A stretch of DNA of 64,000 nt from Gekko japonicus (Eukaryota), in contig NW_015174288.1 in the NCBI RefSeq assembly GCF_001447785.1, forward strand, positions 254,262 to 318,261, written 5' to 3'. Shown here one piece after another: positions 59,801-64,000 of the stretch. Numbering within the stretch: the stretch's first letter is position 1; each line of letters starts with the position of its first letter. A program made the translations under genes and the position numbers. The notes under the pieces were generated by a model that did no database searches, was not told the DNA's origin, and worked only from the letters and a program-made list of their open reading frames with translations.

Positions 59801-60438
59801 TGGGGTGTGATGTGTTTTCTGAATCAACCTCAGGTTCATAACAAAGTAATGCTCTTGTATTTTGTGTTGTTGGGAATCTGGCTGTTTCTGGAAGTAATAG
59901 GGCATCAGATTTGTGACTGTGCAATGCATTCTCTCCACCAGGAGGAGGCATAACAGAGAGAAACCTGCAGAGAATCTTGGAGGGCTCTGGTGCGTCCGAG
60001 TTTCACTGTTCAGCTCGCTCAGCTAGTGACTCTGGCATGAAGTTCAGGTAATAACAAGATTTTTTTGATATGCTGAGGGGTCCATGCTTTATGGACCTCT
60101 TTGCAAAAGCCTGGCTCTTATGCGTTAGGAACGAACATCTGCCGGTGGTGCCTGTGGATGAGGAAGCATCTTGGTATACCTGACAGTTCTTCCACCCGAC
60201 AGCAGACTGTGTCCTGGTGATAGGCTGTACATTGAGCCAAGCAGGAAGGAACAGCACTTGGGGTAGTGTTTTAAATTTCTGTTCTGGGTGCAGGTTCCAG
60301 ACAGTCTCTTGTTGATTTTCTTTCAGGAATCCCAGTGTAACCATGGGAGGCTACCTTTCTGCATCTGAATATTCCATCAAGGTGGCAGATGTGGCCAAAG
60401 TGAGGACCCTGAATGCAATTGCAAAGAACATCCTGTAG
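50861..60438 (+). CDS. CUTC: Copper homeostasis protein CutC homolog (9 coding exons, ~267 aa)
   Basis: Exons are 50861-50906, 52848-52919, 55657-55716, 56250-56459, 56912-56947, 57204-57337, 59109-59136, 59942-60047 and 60327-60438, all GT-AG and in phase. Motifs: MEVCVDSVESA, RLELC..L.EGGTTPS, VMIRPRGGDFLY, TFHRAFD, RVLTSG, PGGGI, EFHCSA. AATAAA at 60724-60729. Confidence 0.96.
53597..55506 (+). mobile_element. ORF1-only L1-derived retroelement (HAL1-like) with 14-bp TSD
   Basis: TSD agtacccaattata at 53583-53596 and 55507-55520. The element has a CpG-rich 5' UTR and a disrupted L1 ORF1p (coiled coil, L.F.GIPE RRM, KDIP..VRKQRR, Y.W.FPEGL.F) at 54163-~55168. AATAAA at ~55482. No ORF2. Confidence 0.85.
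57981..58845. mobile_element. Probable non-autonomous DNA transposon with an internal palindromic tandem array
   Basis: Begins taggggtgtgca and ends with a degenerate inverted copy (ttcacactcca). Internal ~106-bp units are delimited by gtttaaacc at ~58288, 58394, 58501 and 58605. Confidence 0.6.
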
Positions 60439-62280
60439 AACAAGAGTGCTGTGCATGGATAGGAAGACCCAAAGTCCTGGGATCTGCCCAGTCCTTAGTC
60501 ATAGACATTTCAACATCATCCCAGCCAGAGCTTAATGGACATGGGTCAATTCAGTGAAGAAGCCTGTGGTCATTTTTCTCATACTTCCTGCTCTGGCCCC
60601 ACATGGTCTTTTCCTTAGATGTTGTAAGGGTGTTTGTCTGTGGGGAGCAAACGCTGGGGAGGGATGGGGCTTAGCTAAAGGGGCACACCACTGGGAAGCA
60701 CTCCCTATGATTGTCACTCCTCAAATAAACTCTGAAGCCACTTTATGTCAATGTGGGTCTTCTTCATGTGTAGAGGCCATGGCAAGTCTTTGAAGAGCTC
60801 CAGAAGAAATTCTGCCAGAGTTGTATGCAGCCTTGGAGGGCTTCTGGTAAGAGATTATTTGAGACCAGGGATAGGGAACTGTTTCCACCCAAATGCCAAA
60901 ACCTGTGAAGATCCTGGTGTGGTGACAAACAAAAACCGGGGTGGTGGTGGTGATCAGGATGAGGGTTGTACTGGGCTAGGCACACTGTAAGCAAGCTGAG
61001 TCCCATCAGGGCAGTCACAACCTTAAGGGCTAGTCATGGCCCCTTGGGCAGAGAACAAGTCCTGTGTGCTGAAAAAATAATGTACCATGTTGCTGCCTTG
61101 CAGGACTTCCGTTCTTCTGGACAGGCAGGAGGAATGAATGTGTCAGGCGTGCCAGGCTTCTGGTTGCCTGGTTCACTTTGCTTGAAATGGAAGTCCTTGC
61201 CAGCTATGGAGTATAGGAAGCAACCAGACATCTACTTAAGGAGTTGTGCAGTGTTCACAAAGAACACTTGTGTGAAAGAGCGACAATTGGATGAGTGTAC
61301 GGTGTACTCTTTGTGCCTGACTCCAGAATTTGATTAGTACGGGTATAAGATGTTCTGTGGTAATAGTATTTGTAACTCAGAAAGCAGTGGGGAGGGTTTC
61401 ATAGAGCTGTGGTTATGTGTACTACCAGAGCAACATGTTTTTTGTTTGCCTTTCATGGCATCTGACCCTACTTTGCAAGAATCATAGGTAGCACAGGCAG
61501 TTCCTCAGGTGTGTTACCATTCTGCAAGAATAATCAATATTTTGAAGAAGAAAGGAAAGTCAAACAAGTTCAGGGCAAGCATTGGTATTTTTTATCTGAC
61601 TCCAGTCAAGGGAATTCAGGAAAATTGGAAGCATATGGTAGATTGTTTAAGGGACCGGGATGTGGTTTCTTTGGCTCATTGCAGAATTCAACTCAAAATT
61701 CAGTTCAAGCAAATGAATGATCCCTGATTGTGAGAGAATCAAACACTGAAGACAGTGCAACTTGATTTCACTGGAAAATTGAGCTGGAAGGTTAGTTTGC
61801 TCTTCAGTGTGGAAACATTCTTTTCATTGTCTCTGGCTTCCAAGGGGAAGTTTTTGCCACTGTCCCACAGTACAGGGGAGCAGCTAATATAGCATTGTAT
61901 ATTGATTAGTCAATAATTAACTGCAAGGGATGGAAACTGCCTGTTTGATGGACGTTGGACCTTCTTGTTTGGATCAAATCATAACAAGGGTCGGGTTTAC
62001 TGATTGTGTAAGGGATGAGACAGCAGAATCTCTCTGGACTCTGTTCACATTATTTCAGTGGGGAACAATATTGTGGGGAACAATATTACCACTGAAAAGG
62101 AGGGGTCAGTAGGGGAGGCGCTCACATCATGTTTGGTCTTTAATCTTGGAAAGTTGTTCCTAGGGTTCCCTTTTTTGTTCCGCCTTGAAGAGAGCTTTTT
62201 TTTTTTTTAAATTTAGCCCTCCTCAGTTGAAATATAGAGATCTCCAATGTAGCTTCAGTCTCTTAGATTCTGAGAAATGA

Positions 62281-63956
62281 AAGGGGCTTTTTCCCAGAGG
62301 CACTTAAGGAAGCAGTGGTGCGCCCCTCCTGAAAAAGCCATCTCTGGGTCCAGCCGAGTTGGTCAACTATCAGCCGGTTTCCAACTTGCCCTATTTGGGC
62401 AAGATAATAGAGAGGGCAGTGGCAATGCAGTTACAGGGCTTTCTGGATGACACTTCCATTTTAGATCCCTTCCAGTCTGGTTTTTGCCTGGGCCATGGGA
62501 CGGAGATGGCACTGGTCACCCTCACAGACGACTTCCAGAGACCTCGGGGCGGATCGGCAGTGGTGTTGTTAGATCTGTCGGCCGCATTCGACACATTCGA
62601 CCATCAGCTACTGATCCGCCACCTTGCCGACATTGGAGTTCAGGGACTAGCCTTGCAGTGGTTTGCTTCCTTCCTCCAAGACCGGGGACAAAGAGTGGTG
62701 CTGGGGGATCAGCTGTCCCGAAGGCACCCATTGGAATGTGGAGTGCCTCAAGGGGCGGTGCTGTCTCCGATGCTTTTAACATCTATATGCGCCCTCTTGC
62801 CCAGATTGCCCGGAGGCATGGACTGGGTTGTCACCAGTATGTGGATGACACCCAGCTCTATTTGTTGTTGGATGGCCAGTCCGACTCCAAACCGGAAGAC
62901 CTAGCTGTGGCTGGTTGGCTTAGGCTGAGCCAGCTGAAACTGAATCCGATGAAGACAGAGGTCCTGTGCCTGAGTTGGAGCAGTCCAAGGGTAGGGATCC
63001 CACTTCCGACCTTCGACGGGGTACCACTTGTGCCAGCACCGGAGGTTAGGAGTTTGGGAGTGCTCCTAGATGCCTCCTTAACAATGGAGGTCCAGAAAGC
63101 AGCCACTGCCAAGTCGGCCTTTTACCATCTTTGGCTGATCAGGCAGTTGGTTCCCTTCCTTGAATGCAATGACCTGGCAACAGTGATCCATGCGATAGTC
63201 ACCTCGAGACTGGATTACTGTAATGCCCTCTACATGGGGCTGCCCTTGTCGCAAATCCGGAAGCTGCAGCTGGTGCAAAATGCCGCGGCCAGATTGCTGA
63301 TGGGAATCCCGGCTTGGGAGCACATCCGACCTGTGCTAAAGATGTTGCACTGGCTGCCTATAGCATACCGGGTTTGCTTCAAGGTGCTGGTTCTCACCTT
63401 TAAAGCCCTTTATGGCCAGGGACCTGCATACCTGAGGGACCGCCTTTTGCCATATGTACCCCAGAGGATGCTGCGATCTGGGACCCAGAATTGGCTGGCT
63501 CTCCCGAGTTTCAAGGAGGCCAGACTGATGGCAACTAGAGCTGGGGCTTTTTTGGTGGTGGCTCCACTCTGGTGGAATGAACTCCCAGAAGAGACCAGGC
63601 CCCTGCGGGACCTTTTACAGTTCCGCAGGGCCTGTAAAACGGAGCTCTTCCACCAGGCTTTTGGAGCTGCCACCACTACTACCTCTACCACCAACAATTG
63701 ACACCTATGTTGGTGGAACCCTGACCCGCTGGACCCTTAAATACTGCCTGACCCAATCACCCGAGACAGCTGAAGAAGACCAAGGAGTTGACCGTAAAAT
63801 GAGGAATGTTTGCTAGCACTTTATTATATCTTGGTTTTAACATTGTATTTATATTAATTGATGTGATTTTATGCTATCATATTGTCGGAATTTAACTTGT
63901 CTCTAAGCCGACCTAGGCCAAAAGGGCGGGATAAAAATCTAATAAATTAATTAAAT
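62281..63956 (+). mobile_element. L2-clade LINE, 5'-truncated, frameshifted RT
   Basis: ORFs 62359-62904 and 62484-63701 together give an RT closely similar to the 9.6-11.4 kb copy (LLDLSAAFD, GVPQGAVLSP, YVDDTQLY, LHWLP). Tail gggcgggataaaaatctaataaattaattaaat. Confidence 0.92.
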
Positions 63957-64000
63957 GAAAAAATAAATTGTGCTATGGATACAAATTAATTGCTGTGGAT

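Overview
Vertebrate genomic DNA. The repeat repertoire (Sauria-type, 5S-derived and CORE SINEs, L2, CR1, hAT MITEs) points to a squamate reptile, probably a gecko; this is an inference. I reconstructed six intron-containing protein-coding genes exon by exon from GT-AG junctions and reading phase: NKX2-3 (+), SLC25A28 (-), ENTPD7 (+), an ATP6V0E2-type V-ATPase subunit e gene (-), COX15 (-) and CUTC (+). Apart from the ATP6V0E gene, order and orientation match the human 10q24 block. Main observations: (1) an intact, intron-containing ATP6V0E2 between ENTPD7 and COX15, where human has none, plausibly an ancestral NK-paralogon position; (2) a TSD-bounded 1.9 kb ORF1-only L1-derived (HAL1-like) element in CUTC intron 2; (3) nested insertions in COX15 intron 2 that include an unidentified TSD-bounded, mRNA-like 426 bp insert; (4) an NKX2-3 C-terminus lacking the GIRAW motif; (5) two palindrome-rich tandem-repeat elements. 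There are three assembly gaps. I see no prokaryote-style system such as CRISPR. Most ORFs in the track are GC-rich or antisense shadows.
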